From NCBI RefSeq assembly GCF_006345805.1, contig NC_043011.1, positions 39,754,464-39,818,463 on the forward strand: DNA of 64,000 nucleotides, in the 5' to 3' direction. The notes under the pieces were generated by a model. It saw nothing but the letters and a program-made list of their open reading frames with translations. It made no database searches and was not told the origin of the DNA. The position numbers and the translations under genes were made by a program. The stretch comes from Octopus sinensis (taxonomy: Eukaryota). Below are positions 26,887 through 39,509 of this stretch, piece after piece. The first letter of the stretch is position 1; every line of letters begins with the position of its first letter.

Positions 26887-27479
26887 ACAATAGGAAAAAT
26901 GCAATGTGATTTGTAATAAAACAGATATTGGCTTTGTTTATTGAACTGAACAATATATTTCGACAGTTTGTCTGTCCTGCCTTGTTCAGGTTCAAGATGG
27001 AGAATGAAAAAAATTCTTTCCTTCCCAGCCCACCCTCTCTCCCAAAGTCTTCTAGTTTTAACCAGTTACAAACAGGCAAAACTTGACATTTTTGTCTATG
27101 AAGAAATGGTGGATATCCTAGATGAAATTTTTGAATTTCTGCATTTCTGTGTATTTTTCATGTTTCATTCACATCCTGAAGAAGACGAATATACGATTGA
27201 AATATTGTAGAATTCAATAAATAATGTCAATCTTTATTTTATTGCCATATCACATTGTACATTTCTGATATGTATTTACCATCAGGAAGAGTTACATCAA
27301 TATGCATAAATTGTTGGTTGACTGTTTCTGCCAAGGTCAACCTTACCTTTCATTCTTTCAGGGTCAATAAAATAAGTGCCAGTTGAGCATTGAGATCGAT
27401 ATAATTGACTTACCCAGTCACCCAAAATTGCAGGCTTTGTGCCGAAATTTGAAATTGTAATTACTATTGAGGTAAGTTG

Positions 27480-28250
27480 TAGAAGAGAGAGAACCAGGAA
27501 GATATGGGACAAAGTAGTGAAGGCTAATCTCAGGAGATGACAGAGAAGCAAGACATGTGGTGCTTTGCTGTATTCAAGAAAACCCACCCTCCAGAACAGA
27601 ATCGAGATCCTAAAACCAAGGTGCCACATAAAAAGCATAAAAAGTGCCCGAGTATTGCTGACCTGTGGGTTTATGTTGAACACCTGCTGTAACGTGTGGG
27701 ACGAATCCGGCTATTAGCCGAGTCCATTGTGAAGATTGCCCCGCTGCCCACTTTTGGCTAGGAGAGGCAGGCAATTTTTATTTGTTTAGTGGATGTAGCA
27801 AAAGAGGTAGTATGGTGGACCCATTTGAAAGGGCTAAAGACAGACACTTTTCTCTTTGGCCAAGCCCTCATCAACTTTTCCAAGTTTCACTTGAAAAGAA
27901 AGTTGAGGGTGGAGATGGAAGTGTTGCCTTGTAGCAAGTTTGTTGAAAGGTGGGTGAACGTTGGAAGAATGGCCAGTGTGAAAGGACCAATTCTGAGCAG
28001 GCACCTGTGAAGGAGAAGGGCTCTTGCTCTGTTGTTCAGGCACTCATGGCTTTTGAGGATTTTTCCACAAGGACCTTAAAGCACCTCCCCTATTGGGAGT
28101 TTTAATTTGTTCAATTTTTTTTTGCTATTACACTGTGTACACGTGAAAGCCCATTGTATCATCCTGCTTTTGTCTTTAGTGTTGTTGCATGTCTTTTAAT
28201 ACTTTGTATGTGAGCCCTTGTGGCTAATAAAAGAAATTATTATTATTATC
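27480..28250 (+). mobile_element. L1/Tx1-like LINE 3' end
   Basis: AKEVVWW...FHLKRKLRVE...FVERW C-terminus. Its 3' UTR recurs at ~16840-17045. Confidence 0.65.
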
Positions 28251-28625
28251 TCCACCTCAGCGAAGGCGGAGGTATTGTTTTCAGTCGTGTTTCTTAGTCT
28301 GTTTGTTTGTCCATGGACAAGATATCTGAAGAGCAGCAGGATGGATTTAGATGAAACTTTCAGGGATGTTTGGCCTTGTAACTGACACAAACTGATTAGA
28401 TTTTGGGACCTATCCAGTTCCAGACAAGGATTCTGGATTATTTTTTCGTTTTTTTCTTTTTACTTAATTTTTGAGAGTGGTCAGGTTCATTTTAGTATTC
28501 TCATTTGTGAGAGCAGTGGAGTTTATTTCAGATATTCTCATTTTAAAAATCATCTCTGACTAATCGTTGAGAGGACGTTGGTGTTGCCTTGGTGGAGGTT
28601 TACGCTCTCTGAACACTCTTGTTAT
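28250..28625 (+). mobile_element. Helentron/HINE-like element
   Basis: Subterminal inverted motif ctcc.cc...ggcggagg / ccttggtggagg; 3' ...tctctgaacactcttgtt. Confidence 0.55.
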
Positions 28626-28869
28626 TAATATTATAATTATTATTATCAAAATAAGTGGCAAACTGGCAGAATCGTTAGTATGCCAGACAAAGTGCTTAGC
28701 AGTATTTCGCTTGTCACTATGTTCTGAGTTCAAATACTGCTGGGGTTGAATTTACCTTTTGTCATTTTGGGGGTCGATAAATTAAGTACCAGTTATGCAC
28801 TGGGGTCAATGTAATTGACAATTCCCCTCACCCAAAATTGGTGCACTTGTGGCAAAATTTGAAACCATA

Positions 28870-28901
<32 letters not shown>

Positions 28902-29611
28902 TACTATTGTTCTTAATTTATTACTGATAAAACTCTTCACAAAGGTAAATATGCAATTAAAAGAAGAGCATGATATGACAGATAATAAAACACAGAATGA
29001 CATTTTTTTTTTATTAAATTGAACAATATTTGAACAGGATATCAGTCTTCTTCAGGTTCAACATAAGGCAAGAATAATACTTGATAAACAAGGTCAGTCT
29101 GTGTTTTATTACACATCATGCTCTTTTTGCTTCTTCTGCCTCCTCCTCTTCTTCTTCATCATTATTATTATTATTAAGGTGGTGAGCTGGCAGAACCGTT
29201 AGCATGCTGGATGGAATGCTTAGCAGTATTTCACACATTGCTATGTTCTGAGTTCAAACTCTGCCAAGGTCAGCTTTGCCTTTCATCCTTTCAGTGGTCG
29301 ATAAATTAAGTACCAGTTGAGTACTGGGGTCAATGTAATCGACTTAACCCCTTCCCCCAAATTTCAGGCCTTGTACCAAAAGCAGAAAGGATTATATGGT
29401 AGCCAGATGGCTGAATTGTTAGTGTACTGGATGAAATGTTTAGCAATATTTCGCCTGTCACTATGTTCTGAGTTCAAATTCTGCCAAGGTTGACTTTACC
29501 TTTCATCCTTTCAGAATTGATAAAATAAATACCAATTAAACACTGGAGTCGATGTAATTAACTCATCCTCTCCCCACAAATTGCTGCCCTTGTGGCAAAA
29601 TCTGAAACCAT

Positions 29612-29885
29612 TATTATTATTCATCATCCAGCTCTGTCCCACAGCTTAGAAATTCAACACTTTCTTCAACACATGAGCTGTTCCAAATATTTTAGACATC
29701 TGAAAAATTCCTAAGAAATTTGATATTTGCAGCTTTTAATACCAGAATATTGTTCATTTTTGAGATGGTTCCAAGTGCACTGATCACAATAGGTACCACA
29801 TTCACTTTTGAGGTTATAATTATTATTATTATTATTATTATTGATTTAGAGAACAGTGCGTACCATCAAAGTGACGCTGAGGTAC
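29612..29885 (-). mobile_element. R4/Dong-like non-LTR 3' fragments
   Basis: Minus strand gives VVPIVISALGTISK; associated (TAA)n tails. Confidence 0.6.
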
Positions 29886-30491
29886 AAATATATGAAACCA
29901 ACACATCCTTCATGATAAGGGTATACCGGGCACATGCATCACAACTGTATGTGTACGACATGGACATTCGTGGCATAAAAATGGCCTCATTGATATTTTG
30001 AATTTCTGTGTTTCTACAGTTCTTTTCATTTTCACTTTGAACTTGAAGACAGACGAACTGTCAGAAATATATAGTTCAAATCATTAAATAAACAATATCT
30101 ACTATCATTATTATTGACAAATATTTTTATCATTGACAAATAACATTTGTACACTGGAACACTGGTAGAGTGCGGGGACTGTCTTTCGTTTTGTTCTGAC
30201 CCTTATTTCAAATAAATTCAGTTTCTTTACTCTCCATAAGAGTACTGAAAATGCTCATGCTTTATAAAACCTGAGAAGCTTTTGACGGTGGCTTAGGCTT
30301 GCTGCCATGATGGAAGAATATTGGCTTCAGACTGTTAGACGGACACAAACCTGAGATTTTTAAAAGCAGCCAAAGGGCAAAGAAGAAACTGAGCAAATGC
30401 CCAACTCTTTAGCATTGAGATTACTCTGTCAAATGCAATGTTTATTTATTCACAAACTTTTGAATTAATCATACATTATCCAGCAGCTTTG

Positions 30492-31105
30492 AGATTTTGG
30501 TCTCATGATTATTTTCACAATGACATTGTAGGGTAGGTGTGAGAAACTGGACATGACCCATCTGAATATAAAACAGGTAGAATATTTGGGCTGGACATGG
30601 TTGGATTAAATGCTAAAGAGTTAAGCCTAAAACCACATTGAACAGAACTAGCGATGGAACAGTGGTCAGAAATAACAATTACTAGATATGGAAAATTATA
30701 ATTTGAAGCATGATAAAATAGAATTCTTTCAAAAATTAAATGGTGGGGTGGAGAAGAATGCTAATTGAATTGAATTCACAAATTCAAATAGAGTCTTCCA
30801 CACCAGATTCTTGTGTTACAGTAAATATTCATCCACTCATTCATTGCGTTTCATTTACATACCCACCTAACCAGTGCCAACTGAGAAACAACACTGAAAA
30901 GGAAGATTACCTTCTTCCATTTTTATCAGCAGTGATTTACTTGTTTCATATTTAACATAGATGTAAAACTAGGATTCATACATATATAATATATAGATAC
31001 ATATATACATCTATACATACATATATACATACATATACATATATATATATACACACACACATATATATACACATTTATATGTATATACATATGTATGCCT
31101 ATATC

Positions 31106-31144
<39 letters not shown>

Positions 31145-31654
31145 GCATATAGGCATACATATGTATATACATATATATATGTATAAATATATATATATAT
31201 ATATACACACATATAGGCATACAAATGTATATATATATATAAGAGAGTTTACGAAAAAAACAAAAGACGAAGACAGGTGGTGTACAAAACAAACAGATGT
31301 ATTAGTATAACGCTCAGGAATAGAAAAAGTCTTTTATGTATACATGCATACACATACTAACCCATACATATGTATGTATATGTTTGAATTTACAAATAAG
31401 ATAAAAATATATGTTGGCATGGGCAAGTTTCTTCTGTTATAAATTCAGACCAAACAATGCTTTGGGAGAAAAACAGGAAGACAAAAACTGCTTAGAAATA
31501 CACATTATCACAACACTCATAAGTATACACACACACACACACACAGACATGTGCGTGCACACAGACATATGCATGCACACAGACACACATACGCATACAC
31601 AGATTTACATATACATACATGCATAGATATATGCATATATATATATATATATAT
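30492..31654 (+). repeat. Left arm of a ~1.1 kb inverted duplication
   Basis: Reverse complement of 35442-36533; differs only by a few substitutions, indels and microsatellite-length changes. Confidence 0.95.
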
Positions 31655-31751
31655 AATTTCAACAATTGAGGGCAAAATTAATTAATTATTAATCAATTTC
31701 ACCAAGTGTTCAGTATGCAAAGGGACCATTCAGGCGAATTCAAATTATTAC

Positions 31752-32200
31752 ATTATATAAAAGGGCTTAGTAAAATAAATTACTTTGCCGCATACTGAAC
31801 TCATTAGAAATAGCAGCTAAAAAACTTTTTTAAGGCTATTTCTAATACTTAAAGAAAATCTCTCTCATATATAGTGTTTGCATAATTTAACTCACAAAAG
31901 TTTGGGGTAATGACATCGAAAAATCAAATGCTAAGGTTATTCGAGAACGTACGTTTCAAGATTAGTCAAAACAACATTTCTATCATCGGCTCGGAAATTA
32001 TACGTTCTCGAATAACCTTAGCATTTGATTTTTCGATGTCATTACCCCCAAACTTTTGTGAGTTAAATTATGCAACACTATATATGAGAGAGATTTTCTT
32101 TAAGTATTAGAAATAGCCTTAAAAAAGTTTTTTAGCTGCTATTTCTAATGAGTTCAGTATGCGGCAAAGTAATTTATTTTACTAAGCCCTTTTATATAAT
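31752..32200. repeat. Near-perfect hairpin, ~200-bp arms, 49-nt loop
   Basis: 31752-31951 is the reverse complement of 32001-32200. Confidence 0.93.
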
Positions 32201-32220
32201 ATATATATATATATATATAT

Positions 32221-33378
32221 TCAAACTTCCGTCTTCTCCAAATCAGAGACTTCCGGTCAATCCATCTAAAGGCACCTGGTCCCCACCCCACCCCTACCAT
32301 TCTTCCTGATCACCGATGTCCACAGCAAGTCTATATTTTTTTCTCTCCCTATCTTCCACAACTTACATACATTTGCCGCTAATCGTTTTTAAATGTTTGA
32401 ACTTATACACTAACGAGCTTGCCTTCCCTATCTTATTCTTTCTCTACGAAATTTAATCCCTTTAGGTACCCTCTATCTTTCTCTACGAAGTTTAATTCGA
32501 TCTTCGCCACGCTTTCCCTATCTTATTCTTTCTCTACGAAATTTAATCCCTTAAGATACCCTCTATTCTTTCTCTACGAAGTTTAATTCGATCTTCGCCA
32601 CGCTTTCCCTATCTTATTCTTTCTCTACGAAATTTAATCCCTTTAGGAACCCTCTATCTTCTCTACGAAGTTTAATTCGATCTTCGCCACGCTTTCCCTA
32701 TCTTATTCTTTCTCTACGAAATTTAATCCCTTAAGATACCCTCTATTCTTTCTCTATGAAGTTTAATTCGATCTTCGCCACGCTTTCCCTATCTTATTCT
32801 TTCTCTACGAAATTTAATCCCTTTAGGTACCCTCTATCTTTCTCTACGAAGATTAATTCGATCTTCGCCACACTTTCCCTATCTTATTCTTTCTCTAAGA
32901 AATTTAATCCCTTAAGATACCCTCTATTCTTTCTCTACGAAGTTTAATCCGATCTTCGCCATTCGCGGTTATTCAAAAACGAAATCGCCATTACCATTAC
33001 TATTCCAAATTCAAACTTCCGTCTTCTCCAATCAGAGACTTCGGTCAATCCATCTAAAGGCACTGGTCCCCACCCCACCCTATCATTCTTCCTGATCACC
33101 GATGTCCACAGCAAGTCTATATTTTTTTCTCTCCCTATCTTCCACAACTTACATACATTTGCCGCTAATCGTTTTTAAATGTTTGAACTTATACACTAAC
33201 GAGCTTGCCTTCCCTATCTTATTCTTTCTCTACGAAATTTAATCCCTTTAGGTACCCTCTATCTTTCTCTACGAAGTTTAATTCGATCTTCGCCACGCTT
33301 TCCCTATCTTATTCTTTCTCTACGAAATTTCCTCTATTCTTTCTCTACGAAGTTTAATCCGATCTTCGCCATTCGCGG
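32221..33378. repeat. Hierarchical tandem repeat: ~90-bp units within a duplicated ~790-bp block
   Basis: tcttattctttctctacgaa recurs every 89-91 bp. The ttcaaacttccgtcttctcc block starts at both 32221 and ~33010. Confidence 0.92.
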
Positions 33379-35422
33379 TGCTCCCGCCCTTTCCCACCCC
33401 TACCGCCAATACCGGTGCTCCCGCCCTTTCCCACCCCTACCGCCAATACCGGTGCTCCCGCCCTTTCCCACCCCTACCGCCAGTACCGGTGCTCCCGCCC
33501 TTTCCCACCCCTACCGCCAGTACCGGTGCTCCCGCCCTTCCCACCCCTACCGCCAGTACCGGTGCTCCCGCCCTTCCCACCTACCGCCAGTACGGTGCTC
33601 CCGCCCCTTCCCACCCCTACCGCCAGTACCGGTGCTCCCGCCCCTTCCCACCCCTACCGCCAGTACCGGTGCTCCCGCCCCTTCCCACCCCTACCGCCAG
33701 TACCGGTGCTCCCGCCCCGTCCCACCCCTACCGCCAGAGTACCGGTGCTCCCCCCCCGTCCCACCCCTACCGCCAGTACCGGTGCTCCCGCCCCGTCCCA
33801 CCCTACCGCCATACCGGTGCTCCCGCCCCGTCCCACCCCTACCGCCAGTACCGGTGCTCCCGCCCGTCACCCCCCTACGCCAGTACCGGTGCTCCCGCCC
33901 CGTCCCACCCCACCGCCAGTACCGGTGCTCCCGCCCCGTCCCACCCCTACCGCCAGTACCGGTGCTCCCGCCCCGTCCCACCCCTACCGCCAGTACCGGT
34001 GCTCCCGCCCCGTCCCACCCCTACCGCCAGTACCGGTGCTCCCGCCCCGTCCCACCCCTACCGCCAGTACCGGTGCTCCCGCCCCGTCCCACCCCTACCG
34101 CCAGTACCGTGCTCCCGCCCCGTCCCACCCCTACCGCCAGTACCGGTGCTCCCGCCCCGTCCCACCCCTACCGCCAGTAACCGTGCTCCCGCCCCGTCCC
34201 ACCCATACCGCCAGTACCGGTGCTCCCGCCCCGTCCCACCCCTACCGCCAGCCAGTACCGTGTGCTCCCGCCCCGTCCCACCCCTACCGCCAGTACCGGT
34301 GCTCCCGCCCCGTCCCACCCCTACCGCCAGTACCGGTGCTCCCGCCCCGTCCCACCCCTACCGCCAGTACCGGTGCTCCCGCCCCCCGTCCCACCCTACG
34401 CCAGCCAGTACCGGTGCTCCCGCCCCGTCCCACCCCTACCGCCAGTACCGGTGCTCCCGCCCCTTCCCACCCCTACCGCCAGTACCGGTGCTCCCGCCCC
34501 TTCCCACCCCTACAGCCAGTACCGGTGCTCCCGCCCCTTCCCACCCCTACCGCCAGTACCGGTGCTCCCGCCCCTTCCCACCCCTAACGCAGCCAGTACC
34601 GGTGCTCCCGCCCCTTCCCACCCTACCGCCAGTACCGGTGCTCCCGCCCCTTTCCACCCCTACCGCCAGTACCGGTGCTCCCGCCCCTTTCCACCCCTAC
34701 CGCCAGTACCGGTGCTCCCGCCCCTTCCCACCCCTACCGCCAGTACCGGTGCTCCCGCCCCGTCCCACCCCTACCGCCAGTACCGGTGCTCCCCCCCGTC
34801 CCACCCCTACCGCCAGTAACGGTGCTCCCGCCCCGTCCCACCCTACCGCCAGTACCGGTGCTCCCGCCCCGTCCCACCCCTACCGCCAGTACCGGTGCTC
34901 CCGCCCCGTCCCACCCCTACCGCCAGTACCGGTGCTCCGCCCCTTCCCACCCCTACCGCCAGTACCGGTGCTCCCGCCCCTTCCAACCCCTACCGCCAGT
35001 ACCGGTGCTCCCGCCCCTTCCCACCCTACCGCCAGTACCGGTGCTCCCGCCCCTTCCCACCCCTCCCGCCAGTACCGGTGCTCCCGCCCCTTCCCACCCC
35101 TACCGCCAGTACCGGTGCTCCCGCCCCTTCCCACCCCTACCGCCAGTACCGGTGCTCCCGCCCCTTCCCCACCTACCGCCAGTACCGGTGCTCCCGCCCC
35201 TCCCACCCCTACCGCCAGTACCGGTGCTCCCGCCCCTTCCCACCCCTACCGCCAGTACCGGTGCTCCCGCCCCTTCCCACCCCTACCGCCAGTACCGGTG
35301 CTCCCGCCCCTTCCCACCCTACCGCCAGTACCGGTGCTCCCGCCCCTTCCCCCCCTACCGCCAGTACCGGTGCCCCGCCCTTCCCACCCCTACCGCCAGT
35401 ACCGGTGCTCCCGCCCTTTCCC
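33376..35422. repeat. GC-rich 37-bp minisatellite, ~55 units
   Basis: Unit GGTGCTCCCGCCCC(T/G)TCCCACCCCTACCGCCAGTACC over ~2.05 kb. Confidence 0.97.
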
Positions 35423-35441
35423 ATCTATTTGTGTGTGTCTG

Positions 35442-35474
<33 letters not shown>

Positions 35475-36533
35475 TATGCATATATCTATGCATGTATGTA
35501 TATGTAAATCTGTGTATGCGTATGTGTGTCTGTGTGCACGCACATGTCTGTGTGTGTGTGTGTATGTGTATACTTATGAGTGTTGTGATAATGTGTATTT
35601 CTAAGCAGTTTTTGTCTTCCTGTTTTTCTCCCAAAGCATTGTTTGGTCTGAATTTATAACAGAAGAAACTTGCCCATGCCAACATATATTTTTATCTTAT
35701 TTGTAAATTCAAACATATACATACATATGTATGGGTATGTATGTGTATGCATGTATACATAAAAGACTTTTTCTATTCCTGAGCGTTATACTAATACATC
35801 TGTTTGTTTTGTACACCACCTGTCTTCGTCTTTTGTTTTTTTCGTAAACTCTCTTATATATATATATACATTTGTATGCCTATATGTGTGTATATATATA
35901 TATATATACACACACATATAGGCATACATATGTATATACATATAAATGTGTATATATATGTGTGTGTGTATATATATATATGTATATGTATGTATATATG
36001 TATGTATAGATGTATATATGTATCTATATATTTATATATGTATGAATCCCTAGTTTTACATCTATGTTAAATATGAACACAAGTAAATCACTGCTGATAA
36101 AAATGGAAGAAGGTAATCTTCCTTCTTTCAGTGTTGTTTCTCAGTTGGCACTGGTTAGGTGGGTATGTAAATGAAACGCAATGAATGAGTGGATGAATAT
36201 TTACTGTAACACAAGAATCTGGTGTGGAAGACTCTATTTGAATTTGTGAATTCAATTCAATTAGCATTCTTCTCCACCCCACCATTCAATTTTTGAAAGA
36301 ATTCTATTTTATCATGCTTCAAATTATAATTTTCCATATCTAGTAATTGTTATTTCTGACCACTGTTCCATCGCTAGTTCTGTTCAATGTGGTTCTAGGC
36401 TTAACTCTTTAGCATTTAATCCAACCATGTCCAGCCCAAATATTCTACCTGTTTTATATTCAGACGGGTCATGTCCAGTTTCTCACACCTACCCTACAAT
36501 GTCATTGTGAAAATAATCATGAGACCAAAATCT
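35442..36533 (-). repeat. Right arm (inverted copy) of the ~1.1 kb duplication
   Basis: Matches the left arm. It ends inside a MITE that is complete in the left arm. Confidence 0.95.
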
Positions 36534-36545
36534 GTATATATATAT

Positions 36546-36581
<36 letters not shown>

Positions 36582-36584
36582 GTA

Positions 36585-37050
36585 TACATCATCATCGTTT
36601 AACGTCCGTTCTCCATGCTAGCATGGGTTGGACGGTTCGACCGGGGATCCGGGAAGCCAGAAGGCTGCACCAGGCTCCAGTCTGATCTGGCAGTGTTTCT
36701 ACAGCTGGATGCCCTTCCTAACGCCAACCACTCCGTGAGTGTAGTGGGTGCTTTTTACGTGCCACCTGCACAGGTGCCAGGCGAGGCTGGCAACGGCCAC
36801 GGTCGGATTGGTGAATTTTATGTGCCACCGGCACGGAAGCCAGTCAAGGCGGCGCTGGCATCAGCTACGAGTCGGATAGTGCTTTTTACGTACCACCAGA
36901 CCAGGGATCCTGGCTGGTTCAATTCGATTCGATTTCACTTGCCCCAACATGTCTTCGCAAGCAAAGGGGGTTGGCATGGGTGCCTGTCGTCGGATGAGGT
37001 TCTATATCGACTTCGCTTGCCTCAACAGGTCTTTGTGTCCAAGGGAGGAA
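36585..37050 (-). mobile_element. RTE-tail non-autonomous element with (GAT)n end. Similar copies at 63385-63845, 54968-55295, 24180-24340, 45200-45385
   Basis: Shares its 3' UTR (catgctagcatgggttggacgg...gatgcccttcctaacgccaacc) with the RTE LINEs. Confidence 0.82.
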
Positions 37051-37343
37051 AGGCATACACATACAAACACATATGTACATATATATATATACATATATAT
37101 ACACATACAAACACGTATGTACATATATATGAATATATACAAACACGCACATGTATGTGTGTGTATGTATATATATATACATACCCCACACACACACATA
37201 TATACACACAGATAAATATTCACACACTCACTCACACATATATATGCACACAGACATAACCATAAGCCAATGTTTAGCGCTGTGTAGTTAAACAGAGTGA
37301 TCCATAATTGATAAATTGATAGCATAAATCTCACAATACTTAC

Positions 37344-37444
37344 CAGGGTCTGTTGCTGATATCACAGCACCGAAAAAGAAACAATCAGTCAACTGGATTA
37401 GATGCGATATGTTCATTATTCTGGTCAGGCCATACATGATACCA
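37344..37444 (-). CDS. SLC9A6/7/9: NHE exon: GIMYGLTRIMNISHLIQLTDCFFFGAVISATDP
   Basis: ctccag|T GGT ATC...GAC CCT G|gtaagt. 101 nt. Carries the FGA-ISATDP ion-binding motif. Not in the ORF track; translated by hand. Confidence 0.95.
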
Positions 37445-37580
37445 CTGGAGATGTAAAGAAGAAGTATTAGATAAGGGAAAAAATAACAATTTGAAGCATC
37501 ATGAATAGAAGCTTTGTTTTTCTCTTTCCTTCTTTTTATGAAAATTAAATTAACAATTATACTGAAAGCAACAAGAAAAA

Positions 37581-37611
<31 letters not shown>

Positions 37612-37797
37612 TTTAATGAGATTTTCTTTCTTTCTGGCTGCAAATCTAAACCTAATTCTCTTGTGTATTCATGTACGTACATTTATAAGCAAATATATAC
37701 ATATATATATATATATATACAAGCACACACACATATACATACATACATACATACATATACACACATATACACATGAATATGTAGTGATGTGTGTGTG

Positions 37798-37840
<43 letters not shown>

Positions 37841-39467
37841 ACATACACATACACAGTGATGCAAGTATGTATGTATGTGAACACACACGCACGCACACAA
37901 GATTAAATAAAAATTGCAATGAGTATTTTAGTTGTTTGATAAATTGAATTGCCTAATCTTTGAATTACAGTAAAAGTGGTTGAGTATTCCACAGTCCTGT
38001 GTAGCATTGATGAAATCCTCAAGCAGAATGAGCATGGCACAGTCTGAGAAACCTGACCTTTTGAATTACAAGCACAATCAATCCAACAGGTTCCACTGGC
38101 CTAAGAGGGCAGTAACTCCATATGGGAAGCGCTACAGAGTGGAGAGATCTCTGGTGGCTTTCTCACACACCTAACATTGATAAAACATCAAAATGGGGCA
38201 TGGACTGGAAAGGGCCCCAGAATGAAGAACAGGAAAACTCTTTAGTTCTCCTGGCATGAGACAACCTCTCTAGAGTTAGTGACATAGATAGATAATGTAC
38301 TCAGTATAATCTGTAAAGTGACAAGGCAGACACCCAGCTGTCTAACCAATGTTCAACAAATCATGGATTCCGTAAACTGCAGTGCCAGCTATGCACCTGG
38401 AAGGGCAGTAACATTGTAGAAATATAGTAGAAAAGACCCTTTAGTAATACTATACACAACAGTGAAGGGGAAAGTTATATCCTTCAGCAAGACACTTTAT
38501 TTCATGTTGCTCCAGTCCACTCAGCTGACAAAAATGAGTTGTACCTGTATTTCAAAGGGGCCAGCCATGTCACATTCTGTGTCTCACTGAATCTCCCTGA
38601 GAACAACATTAAGGGTCCGCATGTCTGTGAAGTGCTCAGTCACTTGCATGTTAATTTTATGAGCAGGCTGTTCCGTTAATTGGATTAACTGGAATTCTCA
38701 TTGCTGTAATCAATGGAGTGCTAGTTTTTACATAAAAACCTCTCTAGTGCAAGTGGCATGATAAAATGCACCTAGTCCACACCGTAAGATATACACAACA
38801 ATAAAGCTGGATGGTTTCCTTTGTTATGGTCTCTGCCCAATGATAGGGACCAGGAGCAACATCCTTAATATAGCAAGCATCCGTGATATAAACTTAGTCA
38901 AGGTAGATGCTATACTAAATCCTGGTGAATGCCTCTATGTATGTAAAAGAAAACAATTGTTCATTTTGTTCACTGTGACTTCTGTCGGTGTCTGTGTGTC
39001 AACACATGTTTGTATGCGTTCACCAAGATGAAAAACATATCATAGCTGACAACGTATCATTTGTATTGTTTGGTTCTATGATATTCCTGAGAGACTGTTG
39101 GTGTGTGGTTCACAAGTGCAAGGACGTCTGGTTATATTTAAAACATGGTTGAGAAGTTCACTTCTGTCTCTGTGTTTGTTTCCAAACATGTGTCTCGGAG
39201 TTTGGTTCCAATGCATGGCACTTTGAACATGACCAGCATATATTGAGGGGAGCAGGAAGTCTATAAGAGCCAATGTGGCAGTGTGATTAAGAAGTTTGCC
39301 TTGCGCGCACATGGTTCCAGGTTCAATTCCACCGAAACCTAGAGCTAACAAATGCTGTGTGATGGAAAATTGTTAGAAGACAATTGTAGATAAATGAGTG
39401 TGTGTGTGTGTATATACATATATATAATCATAATACATGTACACACACATATTTACTATGTATACAC

Positions 39468-39509
<42 letters not shown>

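Noticed and set aside
32423-32965. CRISPR-like regular repeats
   Set aside because: Units are contiguous with no unique spacers, and the context is a eukaryotic intron.
33378-35659. Long Pro-rich ORFs (up to 696 aa)
   Set aside because: They result from a stop-free 37-bp repeat cycling through all frames, with overlapping ORFs on both strands; no coding signature.
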